Below, one piece after another: positions 62,710 through 64,000 of a DNA stretch of 64,000 nucleotides. Origin of the DNA: Candidatus Poribacteria bacterium. GTDB lineage: Bacteria > Poribacteria > WGA-4E > PCPOR2b. Under the pieces are notes generated by a model. The model worked only from the letters and a program-made list of their open reading frames with translations. It made no database searches and was not told where the DNA came from. Made by a program: the position numbers and the translations under genes. Position 1 is the first letter of the stretch, and each line of letters begins with the position of its first letter. The DNA lies in assembly GCA_965116925.1 (NCBI GenBank), contig OZ220744.1:2272001-2336000 (forward strand), in the 5' to 3' direction.

Positions 62710-64000
62710 ATGGAAGGATGGAAGGGTAGAAACCTAGCGAGGACGTATGATACAATACGCAATACACACTGTATTTTACGTCTTACGTTTTATGCTTCAC
62801 GTTTCACGCCTCATGTTTCACGTCTGAAATGGTTCTTTTGCGCTGCTATTTTTTGTCTGACGTTGTTCGTTAGCACAGAGACGCGAGCTCAGGATATAGC
62901 CACGCTGCTTGAAAGGGGTAAGTATCACGAGGCAGCGCAGCTTCTTGAGAAATCCGCTAGTTCAACCAAGCGTGTCGAACAACTCAGCGGGATTTATGAA
63001 AAATTGGGTGATATTTATTATGCCTACACCCATCAATATCCGCAAGCATTAGAGGTTTATGACAAGATTATCCAATTGAGCAGCAAAGGTGCGACGGCAG
63101 AAGATCTGTTCCTCGGTTATATCAAGAAGGGCGATGTATATTGCCGTATGGGAAAATATGATGAAGCAATTGACACTTATCAAGCACTTGCTAATCAATT
63201 TCCTCCCACCCACCTTGCCCATAAGACCTGCTTACGAAAGATTCATAGCATTCAAACTGCCCTTGATGATTTGCGAGCCCAGCAGCACATCATCCAAACC
63301 CACGAAGCAACTCCCCTTGCACTTGAAGCGAAATTCCATATTGCGGAACATATCGTAGCCCCTATCAACTGAACCAGCCGGAACGAGCGATTGAGGTGTA
63401 TGCAGAGATCTTTCAGCAACGCGGGGACACCAAACTCGCCTCTGAAGCACAGTGGCGCATTGGAAATCTACGAGATAAGGTGTTGAATCAGCCGGAGCTG
63501 GCGATCGAGGCATATCAGAAGGTTGTGGACCACTATGATGGGATGAGTCTTTTTGCAGCGGAGGCACTTTTTCAGATTGGACGCATCCATCAAGAGCAGG
63601 GACGATATGATAGTGCTGTGCAGGCTTTTGAGCAGCTCCCACAACAACATCCGGACTTCTGGAAGATGCACGCAGTTTTCTATTGGTCGGGGATCTGTTA
63701 CGAAAAGCTGCGGGACTATCGGCGGGCAATTGATGCGTTCCAGACGTTTCTATATGCTTATCTGCCTAACTTGGACCCCATCTACTTGGGCGCAATCGGA
63801 AAATATGATCGGGATCCAGTTCGCGTCAAAACGGAATTAGAAGCAAAGATTGGGCAACTGGAGTTAGATTTTCCAAGCGTTGAATGGGATCGGATACAAG
63901 AACTGATCGCTGCAAGCAACTATGTTGATGCCCTCCCGCTCACACGGCAGTATATTATTGATGTACCCGACAGTGAGCAGGCACAGCAGGCGCGCTCCGA
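62710..64000 (+). CDS. Secreted TPR protein with a frameshift near 63350; runs off the window
   Basis: TPR helices in 62710..63372 continue in another frame: YRSPYQLNQPERAIEVY...AQWRIG...ALFQIG...FYWSGICYEKL..., open to the end of the window. Confidence 0.8.

Overview
A 64 kb bacterial chromosome segment, very likely from Candidatus Poribacteria: the 16S gene has exact matches to the Poribacteria-specific 389f/1130r primer sites as I recall them. From left to right: (i) a minus-strand catabolic cluster (class III aminotransferase, two SDRs, C45 hydrolase); (ii) defence island 1 (about 5.7-16.0 kb), an Ssp-like phosphorothioation scaffold (PAPS-reductase/SspD-like gene, a decayed DUF4007/SspB-like remnant, a large SspC-like ATPase) containing two phosphorothioate-dependent SBD-HNH nucleases, a TIGR02391/HEPN-like protein and a TIR protein, followed by a broken hicAB; (iii) a peptide-family ABC transporter with phnX and two Gfo/Idh/MocA oxidoreductases; (iv) defence island 2, a type I R-M system inserted between lptF and lptG, carrying a RipA-like membrane protein, an AlbA_2/Schlafen protein, a DUF2806 protein and DUF433/PIN TA genes; (v) a coxMSL-like Mo-hydroxylase with a MoaD-like gene; (vi) a complete rRNA operon; (vii) yebC-ruvCAB-queA-yajC-thiE, an ECF sigma/anti-sigma pair and a TPR gene. 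Intergenic DNA is full of nested repeats: several MITE families with TA, 5-bp and 8-bp target duplications, many GTAG-hairpin REP families, and short tandem repeats. In both islands, cargo genes are preceded by decayed copies of the upstream anchor gene's 3' end. All family assignments come from motif recognition by eye; no searches were run.
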